The position numbers and the translations under genes were made by a program. The notes under the pieces are model-generated. The model ran no database searches, was not told where the DNA came from, and worked only from the letters and a program-made list of their open reading frames with translations. Positions 7,344 to 17,169 of a stretch of DNA of 31,440 bases are shown here, in pieces. This DNA comes from Archangium sp. (lineage in GTDB: Bacteria; Myxococcota; Myxococcia; Myxococcales; Myxococcaceae): NCBI GenBank assembly GCA_031367385.1, contig JANLPS010000183.1, forward strand, positions 1 to 31,440. The letters run 5' to 3'. Each line of letters begins with the position of its first letter. The first letter of the stretch is position 1.

Positions 7344-7714
7344 CCCCCACCATTGATCTGGTGCTCTTTGAAATCGCGGGCATTCAATACGCGAGTGACT
7401 TGAGCCAGGTGCACCGCATCGGCACCGTCGAATCGCACCAGAGTGTCGGTTCTCCGCTCGGTACGCCCGCGATTGGCAAGCGCGCGCTGGTGTTCACCGT
7501 CACCGATTCGAAGAGCGGCAATCAGGCCGAGGCCCAGCTGGCGATTGACGCGGTGCTGGGCGTTCACACCGTGCCGCTCGATGACCTTCGTCGATTGCCC
7601 CTCGCCGCGGCGAGCTCTCGCCTGACCGTCGGCGCCTGGGTCGTCGATGGCACCCAAACGATTTTGATCGTCGATCTCCACGCCACTGTGACGTCTTCAA
7701 GAGGAAGCGCATGA
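7340..7714 (+). CDS. frzB: Divergent CheW-like protein FrzB
   Basis: Short CheW-like protein (LVLFEIAGIQYASDLSQV...IDAVLGV...ILIVDL) between cheW and the MCP. ATGA overlaps on both sides. Confidence 0.75.
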   Translation: MTPTIDLVLFEIAGIQYASDLSQVHRIGTVESHQSVGSPLGTPAIGKRALVFTVTDSKSGNQAEAQLAIDAVLGVHTVPLDDLRRLPLAAASSRLTVGAWVVDGTQTILIVDLHATVTSSRGSA

Positions 7715-8943
7715 CCACCGAGAACACCGAAACGAAGAGCAAAGCCAAGAAGCCCGCTGCCAAAAAGGTCGCGGCGAGCTCGGGGTCGCCGCTGATTGGC
7801 ACGCTCGAATCATTGATTGGCGGCAAGTTCGACGCGCGCGTCGACTTGGGCGCTTTGAGCGGAGAAGGCCTGGCCACCGGCCGCCTCGTCAACGACTTGA
7901 TGGATCGGATCGTCACCCGGCTCGCAGACCTGGCCGAGACGCGCCGGCAGAGCCAATCGATCATCGACAACGCGCTCGATGGCCTCAACGCGCTGGTCAA
8001 GCACGGCGAGCTGACCTCGTTCGATACCACCACCGACGACCCGACGCTGGCCCCGCTGCTCGAGGGCTTCGGCAAGGTCATCGATACGCTTCGCACCTTC
8101 GTTCGCGAGATCAATGGCGCGGCGCTGCGCTTGTCGTCATCGGCCAATGAAGTGCTCGCCGCGTCGACCCAGCACGAGTCGTCATCGACCGAGCAAGCCG
8201 CCGCCATTCACGAGACCACCGCCACCATGGAGGAGCTCAAGCACGCCTCGGCCCAGATCGCCGAGAACGCCGGTGCGGTGGCCCGCGTCGCCGAAGAGAC
8301 CCTCAACTCCGCGCGCTCGGGCCGTGGCGCGATCGGTGAATTCATTCAGGCGATGCAGCAGATTCGCGCCGATGGGTTGGCCGTGTCTGAGTCGATCACC
8401 AAGCTGCTGCGCCGGGTCGAGCGCATCGGCACCGTGGTCGAGGTGATCGACGAGATCGCCGACCGCTCTGACTTGTTGGCGCTCAACGCCGCCCTCGAAG
8501 GCTCGCGCGCAGGTGAAGCGGGCAAGGGCTTCAGCATCGTCGCCGCCGAGATGCGCCGCCTCGCCGAGAACGTGCTCGACTCGACCAAGGAGATCAAAAA
8601 CCTGATCACCGAGATTCGCGAAGCCACCGCCGCCGCCGCGAGCGCCGCCGATGCCTCGCGCACCGCCACCGAGGCTGGTGAACGGCTCGGCTCGGTCGCC
8701 GCCAGCGCGGTCGAAGGCATCTTGGCCGGCGTGCAGGAGACCAGCGACGCCGCCCGCGTGATCAACCTCGCCACCCAGCAGCAGCGCACCGCGACCGAGC
8801 AGGTCGTGGCCTCGATGGCCGAGATCGAAGACGTCACGCGCCAGACCACGCAGGCCTCGAAGCAGGCCACCTCAGCCGCCGCCGAGCTCACCCAGCTCGC
8901 CAGCCGCCTCTCAGAGCTCATCAAGCGCTTCAAGGCTGACTGA
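7711..8943 (+). CDS. frzCD: Cytoplasmic methyl-accepting chemoreceptor FrzCD
   Basis: MCP tip IADRSDLLALNAALEGSRAGEAGKGFSIVAAEMRRLAE; no TM helices; Lys-rich N-terminus KSKAKKPAAKK. Confidence 0.92.
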   Translation: MTTENTETKSKAKKPAAKKVAASSGSPLIGTLESLIGGKFDARVDLGALSGEGLATGRLVNDLMDRIVTRLADLAETRRQSQSIIDNALDGLNALVKHGELTSFDTTTDDPTLAPLLEGFGKVIDTLRTFVREINGAALRLSSSANEVLAASTQHESSSTEQAAAIHETTATMEELKHASAQIAENAGAVARVAEETLNSARSGRGAIGEFIQAMQQIRADGLAVSESITKLLRRVERIGTVVEVIDEIADRSDLLALNAALEGSRAGEAGKGFSIVAAEMRRLAENVLDSTKEIKNLITEIREATAAAASAADASRTATEAGERLGSVAASAVEGILAGVQETSDAARVINLATQQQRTATEQVVASMAEIEDVTRQTTQASKQATSAAAELTQLASRLSELIKRFKAD

Positions 8944-8951
8944 CCAAGACT

Positions 8952-11252
8952 TTGGATACCGAAGCCCTCAAAAAATCGCTGTTGTCGAAGTTTGCCGAGG
9001 TCACGGCAGACCGACTTCAGGCCATTCAGCTCGGCGTGCTCGAGCTCGAGAAGCCTGATTCTGCCCGTGCGGCCGAATCGGTCGCGCGAGAGCTTCACAC
9101 CATGAAGGGCGAGGCCCGCATGCTGGGCCTGCTCGCGGTCGGGCAGTTGGCCCACGCCTGTGAAGACGTGCTCAAGGCGAACCGCGAGGGCCGGGTGACG
9201 GGCCAGGCGGTGACCGACCTCCTGCTCCACGCTTGCGATTCGATTTCTGACCTGCTCGATGATCTCGACGCGGCGAAAGAGGGCAGTGCCGCTTCGGCCG
9301 ACATGGCCGCGAAGATGGCGGCGGCCTCAGGCACCGAGCTGCCTCCGCTTCGCAGCGCCCCCAGAGCGCAGAAACCACGGGCGAGTGCGCCACTGCCGCC
9401 CCCGATCAAAACGGCTCCGGCACCGCCGCCTCGAATCACCGCGCCTGAGCCGCCCCCGCCCCAACCATCGGCGCCAGGCTCGAGCGTGCAACCGCACCCG
9501 ACCGGGCCCTCGGGTTTGGCGACCGAAGACGGCCATGAGGCCAAGCGCAGCGCGCAAGATCGCACCATTCGCGTCGCGGTCGACGTGCTCGACTCGCTTG
9601 GCCTGCTCGCCGGAGACCTGCTGGTCGAGAGCGCCCGCGCCAGCCTTCGCGGCGATGAGATCTCGGCCCTGTTCGACCGTTTTTCACGCGTCGGTGACTC
9701 GCTGCTGCGCCTGGGAGAAACCCTCGAGCACAAGCCAGAGAGCCGTGCCCGGTTGACCCGGCTCGAGAGCGACCTGCACCTGCTGCGAGACGACGCGTTT
9801 CGCTTCGTGCGGGCTCACGCCGATGGGCTCAACACGTTGCATGGCAACCTGACCCAGATGGCTGACCACGTCGCCGACGCGCGGCTGGTGCCCCTGTCGA
9901 CGATCTTCGAAGCCTTCCCCCGGGCGGTGCGCGACCTCGCGCAGTCGCAAGACAAGCACATCGAGCTGAGCATCGATAACACCAGCGCCGGCGTCGATCG
10001 CTCGATGATTTCAGACGTTCGCGACGCGCTGATTCACCTCATTCGCAACGCGGTCGATCACGGCATCGAGGGCCCTGACACCCGCTCGACACTCGGCAAA
10101 CCCGACGTCGGTCACATCGCCCTGCGGGCGCGAGCCGACGGCGACATGCTGCTGGTCGAGATCGAAGACGACGGCCGCGGCATTGACCCGGCCCGGCTCC
10201 GCGAGGTCGCGGTCTTTCGCGGGTTGCTGACCCAGAGCCAGGCGCAGGCCTTGTCCGAGCGCGACGCGATGGAGCTGATCTTCCGCTCCGGCTTCTCGAC
10301 CAAAGACGAGGTCAGCGAGGTCTCGGGCCGCGGCGTCGGCATGGACGTGGTGAAGCGCAAGGTCGAGTCGCTCGGCGGCTCGGTCGCGGTCACCAGCCGA
10401 ATCGGTCGCGGCACCTCGGTCTCGCTGCGGTTGCCTCAGTCGCTCGCGTTGATGCGGGTGCTGCTGATTCGCTTGGGCGACGACGTGTACGGCATGCCGG
10501 TGGCCGACGTCGAAGCCGTCGCGCGCTTTCGCCCCGAAGACCGCCTCGAGATCTTCGGCACGCTGGCCGTGATGCACCGAGGTCGCCCGATCAGCTTCGC
10601 CGCGCTGGGCCCCTTGCTGGGCCTCAACGGCGGCCCCCGGTTCGACCGCCCGCCCGTCGTCGTGGTGCGACACGGTGAAGATCGCGCCGCCCTGGTGGTC
10701 GACGGCTTCGTCGATGAGCGCGAAGTAGCGGTCAAGCCCATCGGCGGAGACTTCATGAAGGGCGCCCCCTTCGTCGCAGGCTCAGCCGCGCTCGAAGACG
10801 GCCGAATCGCGGTCTTGCTGCACGTGCCCGACCTGATGGCCGAAGTGCGCCGCCTCTCACGACCGGTGACCGAGCAACCCACCACCAAGCGGCTCAAGGT
10901 CTTGCTGGTCGACGACTCGCCGATCGCCCGTGCGACCGAGAGCGCCCTGGTGCGCGCGTTGGGCCACACCGTCGAAGAAGCCTCAGACGGCGAAGAAGGG
11001 TGGCTCAAGCTGGCCCAGGCGCAATACGACCTGGTGCTCACCGACGTGCAGATGCCGCGGCTCGACGGCTTCTCGCTCACCCGCAGAATCAAGACCCAGC
11101 CCGATACCGCGAAGGTGCCGGTCATCATCTTGTCGTCGCTGGCGTCTCCTGAAGACAAGCGCCGCGGGCTCGACGCAGGCGCCGATGCCTACCTGATCAA
11201 AGGCGAGCTCGGGGTCGAGAGCCTGGCCCTCACGATTGACCGGTTGACGTGA
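8952..11252 (+). CDS. frzE: CheA-CheY hybrid histidine kinase FrzE
   Basis: HPt RELHTMKG, Pro-rich linker, HLIRNAVDHG, DDGRG, GFST, SGRGVGMDVV, CheW domain and C-terminal receiver (LVLTDVQMP). TTG start. Confidence 0.93.
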   Translation: MDTEALKKSLLSKFAEVTADRLQAIQLGVLELEKPDSARAAESVARELHTMKGEARMLGLLAVGQLAHACEDVLKANREGRVTGQAVTDLLLHACDSISDLLDDLDAAKEGSAASADMAAKMAAASGTELPPLRSAPRAQKPRASAPLPPPIKTAPAPPPRITAPEPPPPQPSAPGSSVQPHPTGPSGLATEDGHEAKRSAQDRTIRVAVDVLDSLGLLAGDLLVESARASLRGDEISALFDRFSRVGDSLLRLGETLEHKPESRARLTRLESDLHLLRDDAFRFVRAHADGLNTLHGNLTQMADHVADARLVPLSTIFEAFPRAVRDLAQSQDKHIELSIDNTSAGVDRSMISDVRDALIHLIRNAVDHGIEGPDTRSTLGKPDVGHIALRARADGDMLLVEIEDDGRGIDPARLREVAVFRGLLTQSQAQALSERDAMELIFRSGFSTKDEVSEVSGRGVGMDVVKRKVESLGGSVAVTSRIGRGTSVSLRLPQSLALMRVLLIRLGDDVYGMPVADVEAVARFRPEDRLEIFGTLAVMHRGRPISFAALGPLLGLNGGPRFDRPPVVVVRHGEDRAALVVDGFVDEREVAVKPIGGDFMKGAPFVAGSAALEDGRIAVLLHVPDLMAEVRRLSRPVTEQPTTKRLKVLLVDDSPIARATESALVRALGHTVEEASDGEEGWLKLAQAQYDLVLTDVQMPRLDGFSLTRRIKTQPDTAKVPVIILSSLASPEDKRRGLDAGADAYLIKGELGVESLALTIDRLT

Positions 11253-12265
11253 CGGCGGCTCCGCGAGTGCTGGTGGTCGAGCGCGACGGCGCCCTGAGCT
11301 CTCGGCTCAGCGGTGCGTTTGGGCGCGAGCTCACGCGCTGCGAAAATACCGTCGGCGCCGCCGGCATGCTCGAGGCCGTTCGCTCGCAAGAGCCCAGCCT
11401 GGTGATGATCGAGGTCGATTCGGTCGGCACCGAGGTCGGCAAGGCCATCGAAGCGGTGATGGCTGAGCGCCCGGTGCCGATGCTGCTGATCGCCCTCGGC
11501 CCGGCGCAGAAGCAGGTCGCGATGACCTTGCTGGCTTCGGGCGCGCTCGACGTGATCCTGGTGCCGTTGATCATCGACCCAGCGTTTCTGCACACCCTGA
11601 AGCGGCAGATGTTGCTGCTCTCGAAGATCTCGGTGGTCACGCACCCCAAGGGCCGGCGGCGCCGTTCGACCTCGGTCTCGCAAAAGCTGCAAGCCTTCAA
11701 GCCGATCGTGCCTGTGGTGGCGATTGCCTCGTCGCTGGGTGGGCCCAAGGCACTGGCGCAGCTGCTCGCCGACATACCGACGACGTTTGGCGGTTCGATC
11801 GTGATCTGCCAGCACATCACACCCGGGTTCTCAGACGACCTCGCGCGGTGGCTCGCTTCGGAGACCGGCCTGACGGTTCGCGAAGGCGTGGCAGGCGCGC
11901 CGCTGGTCAAAGGGCACGTGGTGATCGCCCCTGCGCACATTCACCTTCAGGTCATGCCAGGTGGGGTGATCAAGCTCGATGACGGCCCTCCGGTGGGCGG
12001 CTTCAAGCCCTCGTGCGACGTCATGATGAAGAGCGTGGCCAGCGCGTTTGGCACCAAGGCGATCGGCGTCGTGCTCACCGGCATGGGCCGCGATGGCGCG
12101 AAGGGCCTCAAAGAAATTCAAAAGTGCGGAGGCCACACCATCGCCCAAGATGAAGAGAGCTGCGTGGTGTTCGGCATGCCGAAAGAAGCCATCGCCCTCG
12201 GAGCCGCCGAGAAGGTGCTGCCGCTCGATCAAATCGCTGCACAGCTGATCAAGTGGGTCTCATGA
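11249..12265 (+). CDS. frzG: CheB methylesterase FrzG
   Basis: ASSLGG, ICQHI, FKPSCD, VLTGMGRDG and AQDEESCVVFGMP. Degenerate N-terminal receiver. Confidence 0.9.
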   Translation: MTAAPRVLVVERDGALSSRLSGAFGRELTRCENTVGAAGMLEAVRSQEPSLVMIEVDSVGTEVGKAIEAVMAERPVPMLLIALGPAQKQVAMTLLASGALDVILVPLIIDPAFLHTLKRQMLLLSKISVVTHPKGRRRRSTSVSQKLQAFKPIVPVVAIASSLGGPKALAQLLADIPTTFGGSIVICQHITPGFSDDLARWLASETGLTVREGVAGAPLVKGHVVIAPAHIHLQVMPGGVIKLDDGPPVGGFKPSCDVMMKSVASAFGTKAIGVVLTGMGRDGAKGLKEIQKCGGHTIAQDEESCVVFGMPKEAIALGAAEKVLPLDQIAAQLIKWVS

Positions 12266-13830
12266 GCGCGGCCCACCTCGACATCGATCGTTCGGCGCTC
12301 GAGCAGCTCGCGATGCTGTTGCTCGAGAAGGCGGGCCTCAAGATCACGCCAGACGGGTACTACGGGCTTCGCCTGGCGCTGTTGGCTCGAATGCCGGCGC
12401 TCGGGCTCGATGACGCGACCGAGTACGTGCGGCGTCTGCGCCAGCGGGCAGGGGAGCATGAGCTCCGCTCGCTGCTGCCCCTCGTCACGGTCGGTAAAAC
12501 CGAGTTCTTTCGCGACACCCGGCAATTCGCCGCGATGGAGAAAGAGATTTTCCCCCAGGTGCTGCGTGACGCGCGGCGCGAGGCCCGGCCGGTCAAGCTC
12601 TGGTCGGCGGGCTGCGCGACGGGCGAAGAGCCGTACAGCTTGGGCATGGTCGCGCTGGAGCGCGGTGTGCTGCCCGGTGAGGTCGACATCTGGGCGACCG
12701 ACCTGAACCCGGTGGCGGTGGTCTCGGCGTCGCGAGGCTTTTTCCCCGTGCGTCGGGCGCTGGGCATCAGCGAAGAGCGACTGACCCGGTACTTCGCCCA
12801 AGTTGAAGGCGGGTTCGAGGTGGTGCCCCAGCTTCGCTCGATGATTCGCTTCGATGGCCTGAACCTGGCGGCGCCGGTGTGGCCCGCGGTCGAACCGGCC
12901 TCGCTCGACGTGATTTTCTGCCGCAACGTGATCATCTACTTCGATCAGCCCACCATCGTCGGCGTGATGGAGCGCTTTCACGACGCGCTTCGCCCCGGTG
13001 GCTGGCTGTTCTTGGGGTACTCCGAGAGCCTGTTCAAGATCAGCAACCGCTTCGAGATGCACGAGGTCGGCGGCACGTTCAATTACCAGCGGCCCCTCTC
13101 GGGTCGCTCGAAGCCCAAGACCCACATGTTTCTGACTCCGGCGCCCAGGCCTGCGCCGGCGGCCTACCAGCCTCGGCCGTCAATACCGTTCTCGAGAGTG
13201 CCGACGCTGCCGCCGATGGCGTCGGCGCCTCCGCGCGCGCCCGCTCCAGCGGTGGTGCTGCCCCCGCCGCCGCCCGAGCCAATGCCCGCGATGGAGCCGA
13301 TGGAGCCGGCCGAGCCCAAGCTGCCTCCTGAGCGCCTCGACGAGGTGGTGGAGGTGATTGAGCTGGGCGATTTTCCTCGGGCGTTGCGCATGGCCAAGCG
13401 CTTGGCCGACGACGCCCCCGACGACCTGGCCGCCCGGCTCACCTTGGGCAACGTGTACGCCTTGATGGGCAACATCGACGAGGCCCGCGAGGCCTACCAA
13501 ATCGCCCTTGCCCGCGAGCCGCTGTGCGTCGAGGCCCGCGTCTACATGTCTCTGGCCGCGATGCAGGTGGGAGAGCTGGCAGAAGCCCGCATCGAGCTGA
13601 CCCGCGCGCTCTTTCTCGAGCCGACGCTGGTGGTCGGTCACTACCTGCTCGGGCTCGTTCACGAGCGAGACAAAGACGCTGAAAGTGCCCGCCGTTGTTA
13701 CCGAAATTGCATGGCCCAGCGAAAGTCACCGCCCCACGACCTGGTGGGCCATTTTCCTGACTTGCCGCGCTCGAACGAGGCCATCGCCCAGGCCGCGCAG
13801 TACCGCCTGGCCGCCTTGTCAGAGCGATAG
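12262..13830 (+). CDS. frzF: CheR methyltransferase with TPR repeats, FrzF
   Basis: TVGKTEFFRD, WSAGCATGEEPYS, DVIFCRNVIIYF, PGGWLFLG, Pro-rich linker and C-terminal TPRs. ATG 12262 overlaps the frzG stop (ATGA). Confidence 0.92.
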   Translation: MSAAHLDIDRSALEQLAMLLLEKAGLKITPDGYYGLRLALLARMPALGLDDATEYVRRLRQRAGEHELRSLLPLVTVGKTEFFRDTRQFAAMEKEIFPQVLRDARREARPVKLWSAGCATGEEPYSLGMVALERGVLPGEVDIWATDLNPVAVVSASRGFFPVRRALGISEERLTRYFAQVEGGFEVVPQLRSMIRFDGLNLAAPVWPAVEPASLDVIFCRNVIIYFDQPTIVGVMERFHDALRPGGWLFLGYSESLFKISNRFEMHEVGGTFNYQRPLSGRSKPKTHMFLTPAPRPAPAAYQPRPSIPFSRVPTLPPMASAPPRAPAPAVVLPPPPPEPMPAMEPMEPAEPKLPPERLDEVVEVIELGDFPRALRMAKRLADDAPDDLAARLTLGNVYALMGNIDEAREAYQIALAREPLCVEARVYMSLAAMQVGELAEARIELTRALFLEPTLVVGHYLLGLVHERDKDAESARRCYRNCMAQRKSPPHDLVGHFPDLPRSNEAIAQAAQYRLAALSER

Positions 13831-13929
13831 CAGGTGGTTGCATTGGCCCCAGTTCATGGTTATTGGTACTGCCCCCGCCGGTCCTCCGAGAATCTCTCTT
13901 GGGGTAAGGCGGCCCGAAAGGCCGTACCC

Positions 13930-14163
13930 ATGCAACCCGATATTCACCCCGTGTACCCTGCGGCGCGCGTCACCTGCGCCTGCGGCAACGTGATCGAGAC
14001 CAAGTCGACCCGCGGCTCATTTCAGGTCGAAATTTGCTCGAACTGCCACCCCTTCTTCACCGGCAAGTACAAGCTGGTCGACACCCAGGGTCGCATCGAT
14101 CGCTTCAAGAAGAAGTACGAGGCGAGCGGCAAGAGCGGCACCGCGAAGTCGGGCAAAGCCTGA
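13930..14163 (+). CDS. rpmE: 50S ribosomal protein L31 (zinc-binding type)
   Basis: MQPDIHPVY...CACG...[13 protein letters not shown]...[13 protein letters not shown]. Confidence 0.96.
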   Translation: MQPDIHPVYPAARVTCACGNVIETKSTRGSFQVEICSNCHPFFTGKYKLVDTQGRIDRFKKKYEASGKSGTAKSGKA

Positions 14164-14290
14164 ATCTGATTCGCCTTTCGCTTGAGTAGAATCTAGAACC
14201 TCGCGGCGCCCGTAGCTCTCCTCGAAGAGTTTACAGGTGCCGCGAAGTCGTTTTGGCGCCAAGGGGGGAGACAAGAAGGTCACGCACGGT

Positions 14291-14899
14291 ATGAAAGAAC
14301 ACGAGGTTGCTCAGCATTTTGAAGAATACGTGCTCGGCCTCCTCGCGCCGGAGCGCGTGGCAGAGGTCGACGCGCACCTTCAAACGTGCGCCGCCTGCCG
14401 AAAAGACGTTCGCGAGCTGGAGCAGGCGATGATGGCGTTCTCGGCTCAGCCGAACTCAGTCGAGAAGGTGCGAGCGCGGCTCGACGCGTCGCTCTCGGGT
14501 GGCGCGAGGTTCGATCACCTGATCGACGACGCAGCAGAGCTGTTCGATTTGAAGCCCGACGAGGTGCGCGCGCTGTTCGCGTCGATCGACGACCCCGGCG
14601 TGTATTCTGAGGGGCCGGCCGACGGCGTGAAGATTATTCCCGTCACTCCGGGGCCTCGGGCGAAAGATTCATTTTCGGCCATTGTGCGGGTCGACGCGGG
14701 CGCGACCTTCCCAATGCACGAACACTTTGGAGAAGAGCGTGTGCTCGTACTCGAGGGTGGTTATCGTTCGAGCGGTGCGGAGGGCGAATTTTGGAGAGGC
14801 GATCTTGACGTTCGACAGGCTGGTACGAGTCACTCGTTCACCGCACTCGATGATCTGCCGTGCATCTGTGCGTCGGTCGCGTGGCCTCCGAAGGAGTGA
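14291..14899 (+). CDS. Anti-sigma factor with HxxxCxxC zinc finger and ChrR-like cupin domain
   Basis: EYVLGLL...HLQTCAAC; cupin FPMHEHFGEERVLVLEGGY...GDL...GTSH. Abuts an ECF sigma gene. Confidence 0.82.
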   Translation: MKEHEVAQHFEEYVLGLLAPERVAEVDAHLQTCAACRKDVRELEQAMMAFSAQPNSVEKVRARLDASLSGGARFDHLIDDAAELFDLKPDEVRALFASIDDPGVYSEGPADGVKIIPVTPGPRAKDSFSAIVRVDAGATFPMHEHFGEERVLVLEGGYRSSGAEGEFWRGDLDVRQAGTSHSFTALDDLPCICASVAWPPKE

Positions 14900-15475
14900 A
14901 TGACCCAGAACCTCGCCGCGACCGATGTTCTCGAACTGTCGAACCGCCTTGCCCGCGGCGACAGGACGGCGTTGTCTGTCTTGTTCGAGGCGTACGGCGG
15001 CATGGTGCTGGCGACGGTGCTGCGACTGCTTCGCAACCGGGCCGAGGCCGAAGAGGTCGTTCAAGAAACCTTTCTCGATGTGTGGCGCAGGGCCCGGCAC
15101 TACCAGCCCGAGCGGGCCGCGTTTTCGACCTGGGTCATCACCATCGCCAAGACCCGCGCCATCGACCGCCTTCGAGCCAACGACACGCGGGCCCGTACGG
15201 TTGAATCGGTTCGCCTCGAGAGCAGCGAAGCGCACGAGCCCGACCTCGACGTGGTGGCCGACGGGCCCAAGCTCAAAGCCTGCCTAGCCGCGCTGTCGGG
15301 TGAGCAACGCAGCACGCTCGAGCTTGCGTATTTTCAGGGGCTCTCTCAGTCGGAGATCGCTGCGCGAACCGGCACTCCGCTGGGCACGGTGAAGACCCGC
15401 ACGCGGCAGGCGCTGCGAAAATTGTCAGAGCTTTTGGGCGTTTCGAAGCTGCCGACGCACTCTGTCAGCCCCTGA
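14900..15475 (+). CDS. ECF RNA polymerase sigma factor
   Basis: AEEVVQETFLDVWR, WVITIAKTRAIDRLR, LAYFQGLSQSEIA...PLGTVKTR. Confidence 0.93.
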   Translation: MTQNLAATDVLELSNRLARGDRTALSVLFEAYGGMVLATVLRLLRNRAEAEEVVQETFLDVWRRARHYQPERAAFSTWVITIAKTRAIDRLRANDTRARTVESVRLESSEAHEPDLDVVADGPKLKACLAALSGEQRSTLELAYFQGLSQSEIAARTGTPLGTVKTRTRQALRKLSELLGVSKLPTHSVSP

Positions 15476-15529
15476 CCGAACGTGAGGGCGGGCGAGCGCC
15501 CGGAGGGCCGGCAGGGTATACGTACCCCC

Positions 15530-16624
15530 ATGGATCAGCCGATTCGCCCGTACATTGGTGGTCAGGCCGTCATCGAAGGCGTGATGATGCGCTCGCCCAA
15601 GAGCTTCGTGGTCGCGGTTCGCAAACCTGATGGGCAAATCGCCGTGCGAGAGCAACCGTGGAACGTGCTGCTCGCCAAGCTGCCGTTCATGCGCTGGCCT
15701 ATTTTTCGAGGGGCCCTGGTGCTCGCCGAGTCGCTGCACAATGGGTACTCCGCGCTGAAGTTCTCGGCTGATCATGCGCTGCCCCCCGATGAGAAGGGCG
15801 CGAAGATCAAGCCGGGCCTGACCTCGCTGCTGACCTTCATGCTCTCGGCGATCGTGGCGGGGGCCGATGCCGACCCGAGCTCGCCGACTCCGGGTGAGCC
15901 TGAAGCCGCGAAGAAGGGCGAGGCCGGCGCGAATGCGATGCTGGGTTTTGCCACGCTGTTCATGGTGGGGTTGTTCATCGCCCTGCCGCACGGGCTGACC
16001 TGGCTCATCGGCCGCGCGATTGGGCCCACCTTCGTGCAGAACGGAGTCTGGTTTCATGTCATCGACGGCGTGCTGCGGGTCGCGATTCTGGTCGGGTACA
16101 TTTGGGCTATTTCGAAGACCGACGACGCGAAGCGGCTGTTTCGGTACCACGGTGCCGAGCACAAGGCGATTTGGACGTATGAGTCGGAGAAGGCGCTGAC
16201 GGTTGAGAACGCCACGCCCTTCACGACGCGGCACCCGCGCTGTGGCACCAGCTTCTTGTTCATCGTGGTTGGGGTCGCGGTGACTTTGCACGTGGTGTTG
16301 CTCTCGTGGCTACCGCCGCTGAGCCCGAACCCGTTGATCAACACGCTGCTGATGCTGGCGATCAAGATACCGATGGCGTTCCCCATCGCGGGCATTGCGT
16401 ATGAGCTGCAGCGGTGGAGCGCGAAGCCGTCGTGCCCTGCGGTGATCACCGCGATGACCAAGCCCGGCATCTGGTTGCAGAGCATCACCACCATCGAGCC
16501 TGAGCCGAACCAGCTCGAGATCGCGCTGCTGTCGCTCGACCGGGCCGTCGCTCGCGAGACCGGCAAGGCCAAGGCCGGTGACGGCGTGCACGTGTACCCG
16601 TCGTTCGCCCAAGCCGCGGCGTGA
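15530..16624 (+). CDS. DUF1385 family membrane protein (putative metal-dependent enzyme)
   Basis: IGGQAVIEGVMMR, FRYHGAEHKAI, HPRCGTSF, LQSITTIEP and several TM helices. Start ATG 15530. Confidence 0.88.
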   Translation: MDQPIRPYIGGQAVIEGVMMRSPKSFVVAVRKPDGQIAVREQPWNVLLAKLPFMRWPIFRGALVLAESLHNGYSALKFSADHALPPDEKGAKIKPGLTSLLTFMLSAIVAGADADPSSPTPGEPEAAKKGEAGANAMLGFATLFMVGLFIALPHGLTWLIGRAIGPTFVQNGVWFHVIDGVLRVAILVGYIWAISKTDDAKRLFRYHGAEHKAIWTYESEKALTVENATPFTTRHPRCGTSFLFIVVGVAVTLHVVLLSWLPPLSPNPLINTLLMLAIKIPMAFPIAGIAYELQRWSAKPSCPAVITAMTKPGIWLQSITTIEPEPNQLEIALLSLDRAVARETGKAKAGDGVHVYPSFAQAAA

Positions 16625-17169
16625 AGGCGGTTCTGCTCCCGGGTTTCAACGGGGCGGCGAATCAACCGATCTTGATGAAGGCCGAGAAGCGCCTGAATGC
16701 GCTTGGGTTTTCGAGCGTGCGCAAGGCCCTCTCGAAGGGTCGCCCGACGCCTGGGCTCGAGCGTGAAGTCGCCGAGCTCGCGTCGATCATCGAAGGCCCT
16801 GATGTGGTGTTGGTCGGTCGCTCGTTTGGTGGGAGGGTGTGCGCGAGGTACGCCGTCTCGCACCCGGTTCGCGCGGTGATTCTGCTCGGGTTTCCTTTGC
16901 GGCCTCCGGGCAAGCGCAGGCCCGAAGACGAGGCGGCGCTGTTGGCGCTCGGGTGCCCGACGCTGATTGTTCAGGGCGACGGTGACGAGCTCGGGCCGCT
17001 GAAGTTTTTTCGCCCGTTGCTGCGCAAGAACCCAGCGTTGACGATGCAGGTGGTGAAGGGGGCGGGTCACGCCTTCGGCAGGCACGAGGCCCATGCGCTC
17101 GATGACGCCTGCGCGTGGCTGCAAAGACCGTTCTTGGAACCGAGCCGAGCCGGTAAGCTCGTGAAGTGA
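16621..17169 (+). CDS. Small alpha/beta-fold hydrolase (KANL3/Tex30-like)
   Basis: GRSFGGR nucleophile elbow, LLGFPLRPPG, LIVQGDGD and GAGH. Confidence 0.8.
   Translation: MKAVLLPGFNGAANQPILMKAEKRLNALGFSSVRKALSKGRPTPGLEREVAELASIIEGPDVVLVGRSFGGRVCARYAVSHPVRAVILLGFPLRPPGKRRPEDEAALLALGCPTLIVQGDGDELGPLKFFRPLLRKNPALTMQVVKGAGHAFGRHEAHALDDACAWLQRPFLEPSRAGKLVK

Noticed and set aside
8346..11158. Several 200-300 aa antisense ORFs inside frzCD and frzE
   Set aside because: Typical stop-poor shadow frames of high-GC genes with no domain signatures.
13120..13330. Pro-rich repeats and the ATGGAGCCG duplication in frzF, and the similar linker in frzE
   Set aside because: Ordinary low-complexity interdomain linkers, not a repeat array.
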